DNA of 64,000 nt, taken from positions 10,184-74,183 of the forward strand of contig CALSSJ010000027.1 in NCBI GenBank assembly GCA_943788985.1, in the 5' to 3' direction. Positions 30,880 through 41,233 of the stretch are shown piece after piece. The stretch's first letter is position 1; each line of letters begins with the position of its first letter. Both the position numbers and the translations under genes were made by a program. The DNA comes from an uncultured Lentisphaerales bacterium (GTDB lineage: Bacteria; Verrucomicrobiota; Lentisphaeria; JABSQK01; UBA12247). Under the pieces are notes generated by a model. It ran no database searches, was not told where the DNA came from, and worked only from the letters and a program-made list of their open reading frames with translations.

Positions 30880-31566
30880 TTATGCCGGCGGGGCGCCAGC
30901 GGTCTCAGCGGAAGAGCGGGCGACGACGGCCAGCCAGGGTTGTTGGGCGCGAGGCTTGCCAGCCGGGCGATAGTAGTGCTCGACGATCTCGAAGCCTGCA
31001 GCGATCAGTAAGTCGGAATACGCCGGGAATTCCATGTAGTTCGCGTAGCGACTGCCATCCCAGCTCTCGCCGTTGCCGCGTGGGTTGGAGAAGAATAAGA
31101 CGCCGCCAGGTTTGAGCGTGGCCTGGAGCTCGCGGAGGACACGGTGGAGCTCTGCTGGCGGTACGTGGAACAACGCGGCGTTGGCAAAGATGCCGTCGAA
31201 ATGCGCTGCTGGAAGATCCAGAGCGAGGAAGTCCTGGTGCCAAACCTGGCAGGTTGCGAACTCCGTAGCCATGCGCACGAAGGACTCACAGCCATCAAGC
31301 CCGATCGCGGTGTGGCCGAGATCGCTGAAGTAGCGCAGGTCGCGTCCGGGACCGCAGCCGAGGTCAAGCAGAGTCAGGCCTGGGCGGTCGGGCAGGGCGG
31401 CCAAGAAGTGCTGGTAGTTCTGGCTGACGTCGTGGTCGCGGGTTCCTTCCCAAAACTGCAGAGCCAAGCGCTCGTAGTGGTCGATGGTGCCAGCGAGCAT
31501 GGCGCGTTGGTCGGCGCTGCCAGAATGCATCGGGCCGTGGCCAAAGTTTCCGCGGAAGTCGCTCAC
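30880..31566 (-). CDS. Class I SAM-dependent methyltransferase
   Basis: LLDLGCGPGRD, FDGIFANAALFHVP, LKPGGVLF. Confidence 0.88.
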   Translation of the reverse strand: MSDFRGNFGHGPMHSGSADQRAMLAGTIDHYERLALQFWEGTRDHDVSQNYQHFLAALPDRPGLTLLDLGCGPGRDLRYFSDLGHTAIGLDGCESFVRMATEFATCQVWHQDFLALDLPAAHFDGIFANAALFHVPPAELHRVLRELQATLKPGGVLFFSNPRGNGESWDGSRYANYMEFPAYSDLLIAAGFEIVEHYYRPAGKPRAQQPWLAVVARSSAETAGAPPA

Positions 31567-32402
31567 GCGCCGTGCTTGGCGAGCAGGACGCGATCGCGAC
31601 CGGTGTAGTCTTGCTCGACACTGACGTCGCGCCAGCCTTGGGCCTCAAATGCGGACTTAGCAATGCTTCCTTGGCCGGAACCAATCTCGCTGAGCAACCA
31701 GCCATCGGGTTCAAGATAGGCCTTGCCTTCGGCGGCTATGCGTGTGAGCAGGTTCATGCCGTCGGGACCAGATTCGAGGGCGAGCGCGGGCTCCCACTCG
31801 CGAATGTGGGTGGGCAGCCGGCTATACTCGTCGGCGGTAACGTAGGGCGGATTGGTGGTGATGAGGGTGAAGGTGCGACCCGCAACGGGAGCGAAGAGGT
31901 CGCCTTCGAGCAACTCGACGTCGGCCTCCAGCGAGGCACGGTTTTTCTCGGCCCAGACTAGCGCCTCGGGCGAGAGGTCTACGGCCACGAAGGGGCCATC
32001 CTCCTGCCGGGCATGCCAGAGCGAGAGGATGACGGCACCGCTGCCGGTGCAGAGGTCGAGCACGGGCCCACCCTCGTAGAGGGCAAGGGCGCGGTCAACC
32101 AGCCGCTCGGTCTCTGGCCGCGGGATCAGCACGCCGCTTCCGACGGCAAGCTCGATCTCGTAGAACCCGGCCTTTCCAGTGATGTACTGGACGGGCTCGC
32201 CGCGCACGCGACGCTTGAGCACCTCGCGAATAGGCCCCAATGATTCGTCGGTGAGCGGCTTGTCGAACTGCAGATATAGGGCGATTCGGTCGAGATCGAG
32301 CGCGTGCGCGACGAGCAGCTCGGCTTCCACCCGCGGGCTGTCGATGCCTTTGCCACCGAGGTAGTCGGCCGACTTGCGCAGGATGGAGAGCAGGTCAGGC
32401 AC
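31563..32402 (-). CDS. prmC: Release factor glutamine methyltransferase (start 32402 or 32426)
   Basis: [31 protein letters not shown]. Confidence 0.95.
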   Translation of the reverse strand: MPDLLSILRKSADYLGGKGIDSPRVEAELLVAHALDLDRIALYLQFDKPLTDESLGPIREVLKRRVRGEPVQYITGKAGFYEIELAVGSGVLIPRPETERLVDRALALYEGGPVLDLCTGSGAVILSLWHARQEDGPFVAVDLSPEALVWAEKNRASLEADVELLEGDLFAPVAGRTFTLITTNPPYVTADEYSRLPTHIREWEPALALESGPDGMNLLTRIAAEGKAYLEPDGWLLSEIGSGQGSIAKSAFEAQGWRDVSVEQDYTGRDRVLLAKHGA

Positions 32403-34170
32403 GGTCTTCGGTTTCTGAGATGGCAATGCCCAATTCTTTGAGCTGATGCGCGTCGATGTCGCTGGGCGAATCGGTCATCAGGCACGCAGAGCGATTGGTC
32501 TTCGGGAAGGCGATCACGTCACGAATGGAAGTGGCGCCAACGAGTAGCATAACCAGCCGATCCAGACCCAGGGCAAGGCCACCGTGTGGCGGGGCACCCA
32601 TGGCGAGGGCTTCGAGCAGATGGCCGAAGCGGAGCTTGGCTTCTTCGGCGTCAATGCCGAGCAAGCCGAACACCTTGGCTTGGAGGTCGGTGTCATGGAT
32701 CCGAATGGAGCCACCACCGATTTCGACGCCGTTCATGACGCAGTCATAGGCTTCGGCCCGAACTTCGCCGGGCGCGTCGTCGAGCTTGTGCAGGTCTTCG
32801 GGAAGCGGGCTGGTGAAGGGATGATGCATGGCGTGCCAGCGCTCTTCGCCTTCGTCGTAGGCCAGGAGTGGAAACTCGTTGACCCAGAGTAGGTTGTAGC
32901 AATCGCTCGGGATGAGGTTTGCGAACTCCGCAATTGCCAGACGCAGGCGGCCGAGGGAGTCGGCCGTGGTGGCAAAGCTGTCCGCGACGATGCAGATGAC
33001 GTCTCCGGGCTGGCCGCCACAGGCATCGACGATCTCTTTGAGGCCAGCTTCGTCGAAGAACTTGGCGATGGGGGACTTGAAGGAACCATCGGGCTCGATC
33101 TTGATGTGAGCGAGGCCTTTGGCCTTCATCAGCCGGACTTCGTCCTGCCAACCATCAAGAATCTTGCGTGATGCGGCCGGGGCCTGGCCCTTGGCGTTGA
33201 TGGCCATGACCACGCCGCCATTGGCGACTGCGCCGCTGAAGACTTTGAAGCCGCAGTCTTTGACGATCTCGGAGAGGTCGACGAGCTCGAGGCCAAACCG
33301 GGTGTCGGGCTTGTCGGAGCCGAAGCGCCGCATGGCGTCGGCGTAGCTCATCCGGGGAAAGGGCGTCGGCACCTCGACATTGCAGAAGGTCTTCAGCAGC
33401 TTGGCCATGAGGCCTTCGATTATCTCGAAGAGGTCGTCCGGCTCGGCGAAGGACATCTCGACATCGACCTGGGTGAACTCTGGCTGACGATCGGCACGCA
33501 GGTCCTCGTCCCGGAAGCACTTGGCGATCTGGAAGTAGCGCTCGATGCCAGCGACCATCAGGATCTGTTTGTACTGCTGGGGAGCCTGCGGCAAGGCAAA
33601 GAATTGCCCGGGGAAGACGCGGCTGGGGACGAGGTAGTCACGGGCACCTTCGGGGGTGCTCTTACTGAGAATCGGGGTTTCGACTTCGATGAAGCCAGCC
33701 TCGTCGAAGTGGTCACGCGCGATCTTTGTGATCTGGTGGCGATCGCGCATGTGTTGCCCGAGCTCGGAGCGACGCATCTCGATGTAGCGATAGCGCAGGC
33801 GCATGTCTTCGCTGGTGTTCTCGTCGTGGATATTATAGGGAAGGGGCAAGCAACGGTTCTCGACGACCAGGGAGCTAGCGCGCACCTCGATCTGACCAGT
33901 GTCGCGGTCACTATTTGCCATGTCTGCGGGGCGCTTGATGACTGAGCCGGTGAAGGTCAGGACCCAGTCCTCGCGGACGGCCTTGCTGGCCTCGGCGGCT
34001 TCCGCGCATTCATCAGGGTCTATGACTACCTGGGTAATGCCCTCGCGGTCGCGAAGGTCAATAAAAACTAGGGCACCAAAATTTCGTCGGCTGTTTACCC
34101 AGCCAGTAAGTGTCACGGATTGGCCGGCGTGTTCCGCGCGCAGCTCTCCGCATGTATGTGTGCGTTTCAT
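32395..34170 (-). CDS. aspS: Aspartate--tRNA ligase
   Basis: [53 protein letters not shown]. Confidence 0.98.
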   Translation of the reverse strand: MKRTHTCGELRAEHAGQSVTLTGWVNSRRNFGALVFIDLRDREGITQVVIDPDECAEAAEASKAVREDWVLTFTGSVIKRPADMANSDRDTGQIEVRASSLVVENRCLPLPYNIHDENTSEDMRLRYRYIEMRRSELGQHMRDRHQITKIARDHFDEAGFIEVETPILSKSTPEGARDYLVPSRVFPGQFFALPQAPQQYKQILMVAGIERYFQIAKCFRDEDLRADRQPEFTQVDVEMSFAEPDDLFEIIEGLMAKLLKTFCNVEVPTPFPRMSYADAMRRFGSDKPDTRFGLELVDLSEIVKDCGFKVFSGAVANGGVVMAINAKGQAPAASRKILDGWQDEVRLMKAKGLAHIKIEPDGSFKSPIAKFFDEAGLKEIVDACGGQPGDVICIVADSFATTADSLGRLRLAIAEFANLIPSDCYNLLWVNEFPLLAYDEGEERWHAMHHPFTSPLPEDLHKLDDAPGEVRAEAYDCVMNGVEIGGGSIRIHDTDLQAKVFGLLGIDAEEAKLRFGHLLEALAMGAPPHGGLALGLDRLVMLLVGATSIRDVIAFPKTNRSACLMTDSPSDIDAHQLKELGIAISETEDRA

Positions 34171-34183
34171 GCTCTATCCATCC

Positions 34184-35438
34184 TCAGTTCGTCGATAATA
34201 CGGCTGCGAGGTCCGTAACGGGCACTGGCTGTTGGTCGCCAGTTTCCATGTTTTTGACCACGGCCACGCCGTCGGTCAATTCCTGCTCTCCTCGAATCAC
34301 GGTGTAGGGTGCGCCGGACTTTCCGGCTGCACGCATTTGCGGTTTCATGCCGCGTCGCTCCAGGTCCATGCCGACGGCAAGCCCGTTGCGGCGCAATTGC
34401 TGCGCCAGTGCGAAGTTCGCATCGAAGGCATCGTCGCCCAGGCTGACCAAGAAGACGTCGGGCTGGTCCACGCTCGCAGCTGGGACTTTGCAGGCTTCTC
34501 GCGCTAACAACAGCCGTTCCATACCAGCGGCAAAGCCAACTCCGAGAACCGGGCGCTTCTGGCCTGGAAAGGTGATCTCATAGCGACCGCCACCAGCGAG
34601 CGCCGTCTGCGCGCCGATGCCATCGAAGACGACCTCAAAAACGGTGTGCACGTAGTAATCCAGCCCGCGAACGAGCCGTGGGTCGATCTCATAGGCGATG
34701 CCGAGGCGATCGAGGTCTGCGCAGACGGCCGCAAAGTAGTCGGCGCTTTCGGGCTTAAGCAGTTCGAGAACGCCTGGGGCCTGGTCGATGATCCCGCGGC
34801 AGCCCTCGGTCTTGCAGTCCATGATGCGGGAGACGTTGGTCTCGAGGCGACGCTGGCAGTCATCGCACATTTCGTCGCTGTGGGCGGCGAAATAGTCGTG
34901 CAGCGCAGCGGCGACGGGGGGCGCGGTCTTCGGCGGATCCGCGGCTGTTCAGCAGGAGTTTGCAGCCGGTGATCTCCAGGTCTTCCATGTAGTGCATGAG
35001 CATGGCGATGCACTCCGCGTCGATTCCGGCGGCGACCTTGCCGACTGCCTCGACGCCGACCTGGTGGAACTGGCGCTTGCGGCCCGCAGCGGGGCGTTCG
35101 CCGCGAAACATGGGGCCTTGGTAGTAGACGCGGCGTTCATCGCCCTGCGGGATGCCGGCGTTGACGAGGGCGCGCATGACACCAGCGGTGCCTTCGGGGC
35201 GTAGGGTCAGGTTTCTGCCGCCGCGGTCCTCGAACGAATACATTTCCTTCTGCACGACATCGGTCTCGTCACCGAGGCTGCGGGTGAAGACCTCGGTGCG
35301 TTCAAACACGGGGGTCCGCAGTTCGCCATAGCCGTAGCGGCTGAAGATGGAGCGGGCTGTGTCTTCGAGGACACGCCATTCGGCGACTTCGTCCGCGAAG
35401 ATATCAGAGGTACCGGGAATAGGGGCAGTCTTAGCCAT
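34184..35438 (-). CDS. hisS: Histidine--tRNA ligase (apparent frameshift at the G6 run 34916-34921, likely sequencing error)
   Basis: KEMY.F.D.GGR.LTLRPEGTA, FRGERP..GR.RQFHQ in ORF 34860..35438; LVRGLDYY, GGGRY, GMERL in ORF 34184..34870. Confidence 0.93.
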
Positions 35439-35539
35439 AAATCATCAATAGCAGGTGAGAATTTCGCAGGCCCCCGCTTATGCAGGCAGCGTTGGATCTT
35501 GCAGGGCGAACGTGAAACATACCGAATCCCGCAATAGTT

Positions 35540-35639
35540 GGTACGTCCAGCCTTGGGATAAGCTCATGCTGGCTGTGCGGGCCAGGCGACCCTCCTCCGG
35601 GGGGTAACAGAAATGGCCAACAGTAGACACTCAGCTACC
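35540..35639 (+). ncRNA. Candidate structured RNA, family not recognised, strand uncertain
   Basis: Nested pairings GGTA/TACC, CCAGC/GCTGG, CTGT/ACAG, GGCCA/TGGCC, ACCCTCC/GGGGGGT in the hisS-recD intergenic region. Confidence 0.3.
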
Positions 35640-35645
35640 TATCGG

Positions 35646-37661
35646 TCAGAGCCCAGCAAACAGAGGCAAGTCCGCATACTCTGAATCGTCCGCTTCCTCT
35701 ACCTCCTGAGTTGGCCAAAGTGAGCCGCCTGATTGGCGGATAATGCGATAGCCAAGGCCCGTCTGCAGCGCAGTGACCGTGCCCACTATGAGTGCGAATT
35801 TACGGGCACGGGTAATCCCGGTATAGAGAATTTGGTGGGTTAGCAGTCGGCTGGTAGCGGGGGCAAGCACAAAGAAAACCGAGTCAAACTCGCCCCCCTG
35901 ACTTTTGTGGACCGTAATGGCAAAACCCAACTCGAATCGTGGCAGGCGCTCAAGCGGGACAATCAGTGGGCCAGCGGGCCGGGCGAAGAGGGCCCGCCAG
36001 CGCTTGCTCGCATCAAGCAGCACCACCCCGAAGTCACCATTAAAGAGACCAATCTCGCGGTCGTTCGTAGTGATTGTAATCGGTGCACCCGAAAAAATAC
36101 CACCTTGGTCGCGGAGGCCTGCTCGCGAGACGAACTGCTTGGCCAAGAACGCGTTGATAGCGTCGCAGCCATAGACTCCCTTGCGGGAGGTCGTGAGAAT
36201 GCGGGCAGTGCTCCCATAGGCGGAAAACTTCTCTGCGAACTCCGCCGCCGCCGCCGGATCCTCGACCACATCTACCTCGAGAGCGTCCGTGACCAAGTCC
36301 GCGTAGGTACCGGCCCCCGCTTCAGTTGGCTGGAGAAAAAAGCGTGATAACCATCCTTGCAGCTGTGCCTCGAGCGTACTGCGGGCACTGACATCCAGCC
36401 CCATTCGATACACGCCGCCTTCTGACCACGGCCAGTGTTCAACTGGGGTGCTGGCCAAAAGTTCGGGAATGTCCAAGGCCATAGTCTGGCTCCCAGTCTG
36501 CAGTGCCTCCACGACGCACGTGATATTAGCCTGAGAGCGATAGGACTGCTTGAGTAGCGTAAAGCAGTCGGTGGTTGGGCCACACTGCGGCCGCAACGGG
36601 GCCAGGTCGGGCCAAAGCTTCCCGGCGGTCTCGCGAAACGCCGACGAGTACCCAGGTGTGGCATCCGCTGGGAGCAGGTCGGAAAGGATCGCTCCGGCTT
36701 CAACCGAAGGCAGCTGGTCCTTGTCTCCCAGCATCACCAAGCGGCAATCATCTGCGATAGCCGCCAATAAACGGGACATCATCGCCAGGTCTACCATCGA
36801 GACTTCATCGACGATGATCGCCTTGAGTTGCAGTGGATTGCGCCGGTTGTAGCGAAACGAGCAGGCGCGCGGATCATAGCTCAGCAGGCGGTGAATCGTC
36901 AGGCCCTGAGCAAGGCCAGCAAAAGCGCCTTCGCTGGTTCCTACGGCATCCGTCAGCCGCTGCGCCGCGCGTCCAGTGGGAGCGACCAGGCGGATTGCCT
37001 CAGCAGGCACATCAAGCGCAATAAGAGCCTTCACAATCGCAGCGACGACCGTGGTCTTTCCGGTGCCTGGCCCACCCGAGATGAGCGAGAAGTTCTGCAG
37101 CACTGCCTGGAGCACAGCCGTTTTCTGTTCCTGGTTCAAGCGCTCTTGCTGCAGCGCTTCCCGCACCCCGCTATGCCATTCGAAGGCTGGCAGGGTGGCC
37201 GGGCGTATCAAGGCTTCTGTGCGAGCGGCAGCGGCTTTGTAGTGCACATACTGCTTCTCGAAAAAGAGCAGAGAAGCTCCCTGCCGCGCGGTCCGAATCA
37301 CCGGGCGCAAGGTATCCAGAGAATCGCCGATCAAGGCGGAATCTGCGGTCGCGGCTCTGGCGACATCAGCTTCCGTAAGCTCGATGCTTTCGAGAAAGGG
37401 GCGATAGGCCGACAACGCGGCCGTCGACAGGCAGACACTGCCATCTCGCACGGCCTTGATTAGGAGCAGGATAACGGCATGCAGGGCAGGGTCTTCGATG
37501 CCTTCCAGCAGGTCGCGGCCCAACAACAGCGAGCCTTCGGCCAGCCTGAGTTGGGTGCGGGCGTCGTGATGGATGCGGACAATCTGCGGATTGTCAGGCT
37601 GCGTCAGCTGCAGCGGGTCATAGCCTTGCGGCCCAAACCGTTCAGTTCTTGGGAAGTGCAC
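35646..37661 (-). CDS. recD: RecD-like SF1B helicase (exodeoxyribonuclease V alpha)
   Basis: ISGGPGTGKTT, APTGRAA.RL, TIHRLL, IVDEVSMVD, GDKDQLPSVEAG, FNGD.G, AITVHKSQG.EF, YTGITRA. Confidence 0.88.
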   Translation of the reverse strand: MHFPRTERFGPQGYDPLQLTQPDNPQIVRIHHDARTQLRLAEGSLLLGRDLLEGIEDPALHAVILLLIKAVRDGSVCLSTAALSAYRPFLESIELTEADVARAATADSALIGDSLDTLRPVIRTARQGASLLFFEKQYVHYKAAAARTEALIRPATLPAFEWHSGVREALQQERLNQEQKTAVLQAVLQNFSLISGGPGTGKTTVVAAIVKALIALDVPAEAIRLVAPTGRAAQRLTDAVGTSEGAFAGLAQGLTIHRLLSYDPRACSFRYNRRNPLQLKAIIVDEVSMVDLAMMSRLLAAIADDCRLVMLGDKDQLPSVEAGAILSDLLPADATPGYSSAFRETAGKLWPDLAPLRPQCGPTTDCFTLLKQSYRSQANITCVVEALQTGSQTMALDIPELLASTPVEHWPWSEGGVYRMGLDVSARSTLEAQLQGWLSRFFLQPTEAGAGTYADLVTDALEVDVVEDPAAAAEFAEKFSAYGSTARILTTSRKGVYGCDAINAFLAKQFVSRAGLRDQGGIFSGAPITITTNDREIGLFNGDFGVVLLDASKRWRALFARPAGPLIVPLERLPRFELGFAITVHKSQGGEFDSVFFVLAPATSRLLTHQILYTGITRARKFALIVGTVTALQTGLGYRIIRQSGGSLWPTQEVEEADDSEYADLPLFAGL

Positions 37662-39042
37662 GAACTGATTTCAGAATCTGACGTCGCTCACCACGATTGC
37701 ACTCATCCCAGAGCGCCAGAAACTTGCTCTGGTCTTCGTCTGTCCACTCGTCATTACGCTCCTGCACTTTCAACAGCACGTGATAGGGAAGGCGGACATT
37801 CTTCTCTTGCTTCATCATTTTCTGCAGTTCTTCGCCGACGTCCTCCCAGATCGCGTCTTCGATTGTGATTTGCTCGTCCCGAATCGGATCCGCAATGTAA
37901 TCTTTCGCTGTACTCTCCAGTTGCAGAAACGTAGTCGTCGTCCCCAATCCGGTAAGCTTCCGCGAAGGCAGGAAGTGTGCGTCGTAAATCGCCTTGCTCG
38001 AGACCCGGATATCGTCAATTAGGGCATACCCTTCATTGGCAGAATCTAGCTGGAGAATGAGTTTTTCGCTGGATAGGGCGATCTCCTCGGAAATGCTCTC
38101 GGTGGACATGTGCGAGCCGTCCACGAAAAGGCGAAAGACATTGGTGGCCCCTACGGAGACCGTGAAGGCCAGATGCAGCCAGTCGTCACCTTCCCGTGCG
38201 GAGCAAAGAAGCGGCTTGTTCGGGATATCCGCAAAATACAATTCCACCTCACGAGTGCCGTCATCCTGCGTCCGAACGCTCAGTCGGAAGCGATCATCGC
38301 TTCCGGAGCGAACGTAAAACTGCCCACCCCTAACATCGCCAACGAATTTGCACCAAAACTCCATCGTGAATTCTGAGTCCACCCCATTCAGCAGATTCAC
38401 CGCCAGCTTCACACGCTCCTCCGAATTTATGCGTAGCGCCTCGGTACCTAGGCCAAAATCTTGCTCGTTGGGATCCTCTTCTTCCACCTCTCCGGAATCA
38501 TCGGCAAAAACGATATCGCCGTCTTCTTCATCGTCGAACATGCCGTCATCTGCTAGCTCCTCCACGACCACAGGCTCTTCAGGTGCCGGTTCAGCGGGCT
38601 CGCCGCCGAGAAACATCATCGCCACCACACCCATGATGATGACACCAACGACACCGCCACCGATCATGATCATCCTCTTCTTTTTATCATCGAGCGCGGC
38701 GAATCCCTTCTTCCCGGAATCAGCAGGGGCGCTTTCTGCTCCAGGCTCTGGCGGGAGTGGGGGGGCATCCCCCTTTTGGGACTTTAATGGCAGGTCAGGC
38801 GGCGTCAGACGCTGCGGCTCCGTGACCTTTTCGGGCTTCTCCGCGATTTCTGATTCCACCGTTGGTGCTTCGCCATCGATGGGTGGTGGCGGCGTGCTCT
38901 CAACCGTCTGCGCCAGGTCTACCGGGCTGGGCGGGCGCAGTGTTAGCGCCCCGCCAGCAGGCTTCGTCAACGTCGGTTGATCACCGTTCCCAGAATTTTC
39001 TCCGGGCTTACGCAGGGTCAGCTTGGGCCGCTCGTCGGACAT
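37642..39042 (-). CDS. Bitopic membrane protein: Pro-rich N-terminus, TM helix, acidic linker, LamG/ConA-like domain
   Basis: TM MIMIGGGVVGVIIMGVVAMMFLG; FTMEFW, WLHLAF, LFVDG, IDDIRVS..A.Y. Confidence 0.65.
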   Translation of the reverse strand: MSDERPKLTLRKPGENSGNGDQPTLTKPAGGALTLRPPSPVDLAQTVESTPPPPIDGEAPTVESEIAEKPEKVTEPQRLTPPDLPLKSQKGDAPPLPPEPGAESAPADSGKKGFAALDDKKKRMIMIGGGVVGVIIMGVVAMMFLGGEPAEPAPEEPVVVEELADDGMFDDEEDGDIVFADDSGEVEEEDPNEQDFGLGTEALRINSEERVKLAVNLLNGVDSEFTMEFWCKFVGDVRGGQFYVRSGSDDRFRLSVRTQDDGTREVELYFADIPNKPLLCSAREGDDWLHLAFTVSVGATNVFRLFVDGSHMSTESISEEIALSSEKLILQLDSANEGYALIDDIRVSSKAIYDAHFLPSRKLTGLGTTTTFLQLESTAKDYIADPIRDEQITIEDAIWEDVGEELQKMMKQEKNVRLPYHVLLKVQERNDEWTDEDQSKFLALWDECNRGERRQILKSVRALPKN

Positions 39043-39293
39043 GCTCTCTCTCGGATAGTTGTTAACGCACGCATGGATTAATCGCTGCGACTATACTACA
39101 AATCGCCCCCTTGAAAACAGCTGCAGCCCGAACAGTTCCTGAGGGTGTCCTAGCATCCCTTGGTCACCAACGGTTTGGCAACCGCAACATCGCGATGATC
39201 GTGCGGGTCAAGAATCGGCATCTCCCGCACGGTCGCAAGGAGATCTGGACCGGCCTCGCCCTGTAGCAGGTATCGGTCGTCCAGAAACGCAAT

Positions 39294-40295
39294 TTACTTA
39301 GCGACTAGGGTCAGCTCAATCACAAGACTCGAGTTTGGCTGCAAACGGCCAATCTTGAGCGCGCCATAGGCTTGCTTAGGTGCGGCGACAATCATGCGCG
39401 TTTCGCCCGGCCTCATCTTGGCGAGCACCAGGCGCTGGGCAGGGATCACATTCTTATTATTGAGGTCCAGGGAAGAGGGATTCTGGCTGGTGGAGTCCCA
39501 CAGGATCTTCTTACCACCAAGTGCCCAGGTGCGGTAATGCACACGTACGGTCGCGTCGGCAGCTGGCACCTCTCCAGCGCCAGCCTTCGTGGTCCAGCTG
39601 TACAGGCCGTCTGCGTCTTTGCTTGCCGCTGGAAAGGCTAACTCGATGGTTTGATTCCAGTCAGGCTCGGCGACCTTGCCGCTCTGTACCGCTGCCACCG
39701 CAGCCTCTGTCGCGAGCCAGTCACTGGCACCCGTCTTGAATGCCTCGGCCCTCGCACCCACTCGCTCGATCGTTACCGACTTGATTTTGGTACCCTTGGT
39801 CACCTTGGCAATGTTCTCAGCGCCAGCCACCGTATGTCCCCAGACCGTATGTTTGCCATCCAGATGCGGCGTCGCCACGTGCGTGATGAAAAACTGGCTG
39901 CCGTTGGTTCCCGGCCCCGAGTTTGCCATCGACAGAATCCCCTGACCGCTGTGCTTGAGGATTGGCACGAATTCGTCCCGAAACTTGTACCCCGGGTCCC
40001 CCGTGCCAGTGCCCTGCGGGCAACCGCCTTGGATCATGAAATTATCGATGCAACGATGAAACATCAGGCCATCGTAGAACTTACCATCCCGGGTTGTCGA
40101 CTTGCCCGTTCCTTCGGCTAGCGAGATGAAGTTCAATGCGGTGAGCGGAGTCAGCTCATAATTCAGACGGGCAGTGATCTCTCCCTGGCCGGTATCGAAC
40201 CGAGCGTAGATGCCAGGTTCACGTTCCGCATCCTGGCTCCAGCCAGTGATCGCTAATAGCGTAACAGCAACGAAAAATAGAAGAATTAGACGCAC
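39294..40295 (-). CDS. Secreted cyclophilin-type PPIase fused to an FKBP-like domain
   Basis: FYDGLMFHRCIDNFMIQGGCP.GTG, LSMANSGPGTNGSQFFITH, LDGKHTV; C-terminal VRVHY...M.PGE.R....P.QAYG. Confidence 0.85.
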   Translation of the reverse strand: MRLILLFFVAVTLLAITGWSQDAEREPGIYARFDTGQGEITARLNYELTPLTALNFISLAEGTGKSTTRDGKFYDGLMFHRCIDNFMIQGGCPQGTGTGDPGYKFRDEFVPILKHSGQGILSMANSGPGTNGSQFFITHVATPHLDGKHTVWGHTVAGAENIAKVTKGTKIKSVTIERVGARAEAFKTGASDWLATEAAVAAVQSGKVAEPDWNQTIELAFPAASKDADGLYSWTTKAGAGEVPAADATVRVHYRTWALGGKKILWDSTSQNPSSLDLNNKNVIPAQRLVLAKMRPGETRMIVAAPKQAYGALKIGRLQPNSSLVIELTLVAK

Positions 40296-40363
40296 GGTAA
40301 ATGCTCCGAAGTTATGAGGTTGTACAAGAGGACGCGGGCAGCCCAAGACCCAGATCGACGTGA

Positions 40364-40895
40364 TCAGCCGTTCGCAATCAGCTGATAGACCATGACTACG
40401 ACAATTATCGAGAAGATGCCAATTGCGCCGAAAACAATCTTTTTGCTCTTGTTTGCAGGCGTCTTTTTCTTCCCGCTCTTTTTGGTCGGGTCAAGACTGC
40501 CCAACCCTGTGGGAATCACCGTATTAACGGTGCCCTCCAAGTCCAGCACCCGTGTGCCGGCTTCAGACCGCACCGTAGTCGGCGTAGCGCCCTCACGGTC
40601 GTACAGAATCTCAATCTCTCCCACCTGCAGAATGTCGCTATTTACTAGCGTCTTCTCGGTGAATTTGTCACCGTTGATCCGGGACCCATTGGTGCTACCG
40701 AGATCCTTGGCTAGGTAGTTGCCGTCTTCTTGGAGGTGTAACTCGCAGTGGGAATTCCGCTGATTGTCCCATCCACGATCGACACTCTCAGCCTCTTCGC
40801 TCCGTCCAATTCGGATAAAAGGACTCGGTCAATTCAAAGCTTTTACCTCGAGCCGGGTCAGACAGAACTATCAGCTTGACGGGCTTGTCACTCAT
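40364..40895 (-). CDS. FHA domain protein with C-terminal TM helix (several indels)
   Basis: Across frames: IRIGR, ISG.HC, YLAKDLGSTNGSRING, DILQVGE; ATG 40895. Confidence 0.7.
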
Positions 40896-41233
40896 GCAAA
40901 TGGGTCTCGTCGGCATTGGAAAAATGCCTTACTGTGTCTTCTCACCACACTGAATGCAACAGCGATCTGAGCCGGGATTTTACAGTCCGGGAGGCCCCGC
41001 CCCGAAATCGCCCAAAAATCCCCCCGCGACAGGGGGGAGCCTCGAGTGGATTTAGGTGCGCGGTCTCCCGAGGCAGACAGGCCCGCTGGCGCTGAACCAC
41101 AACCTGGCCAAAGTCGGCCAAAGTCGGCCAGGCTGCTAAAATATTGTAGCCTGTTGCACGCGGTCGGGTAGGTTCGCGACAGACTGAGATACCTCACCAG
41201 TCCGACAGGGACCCAGGTACTGCATGCCCAAAC

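Noticed and set aside
34860..34925. Programmed frameshift or pseudogene in hisS
   Set aside because: Essential gene with one extra base in a homopolymer; best explained as a sequencing error.
35439..35645. T-box leader of hisS
   Set aside because: No T-box consensus (GGTGGTACCGCG-like) on the minus strand.
41106..41131. GGCCAAAGTC short tandem repeat
   Set aside because: About 2.5 copies in an error-rich region; no supportable function.
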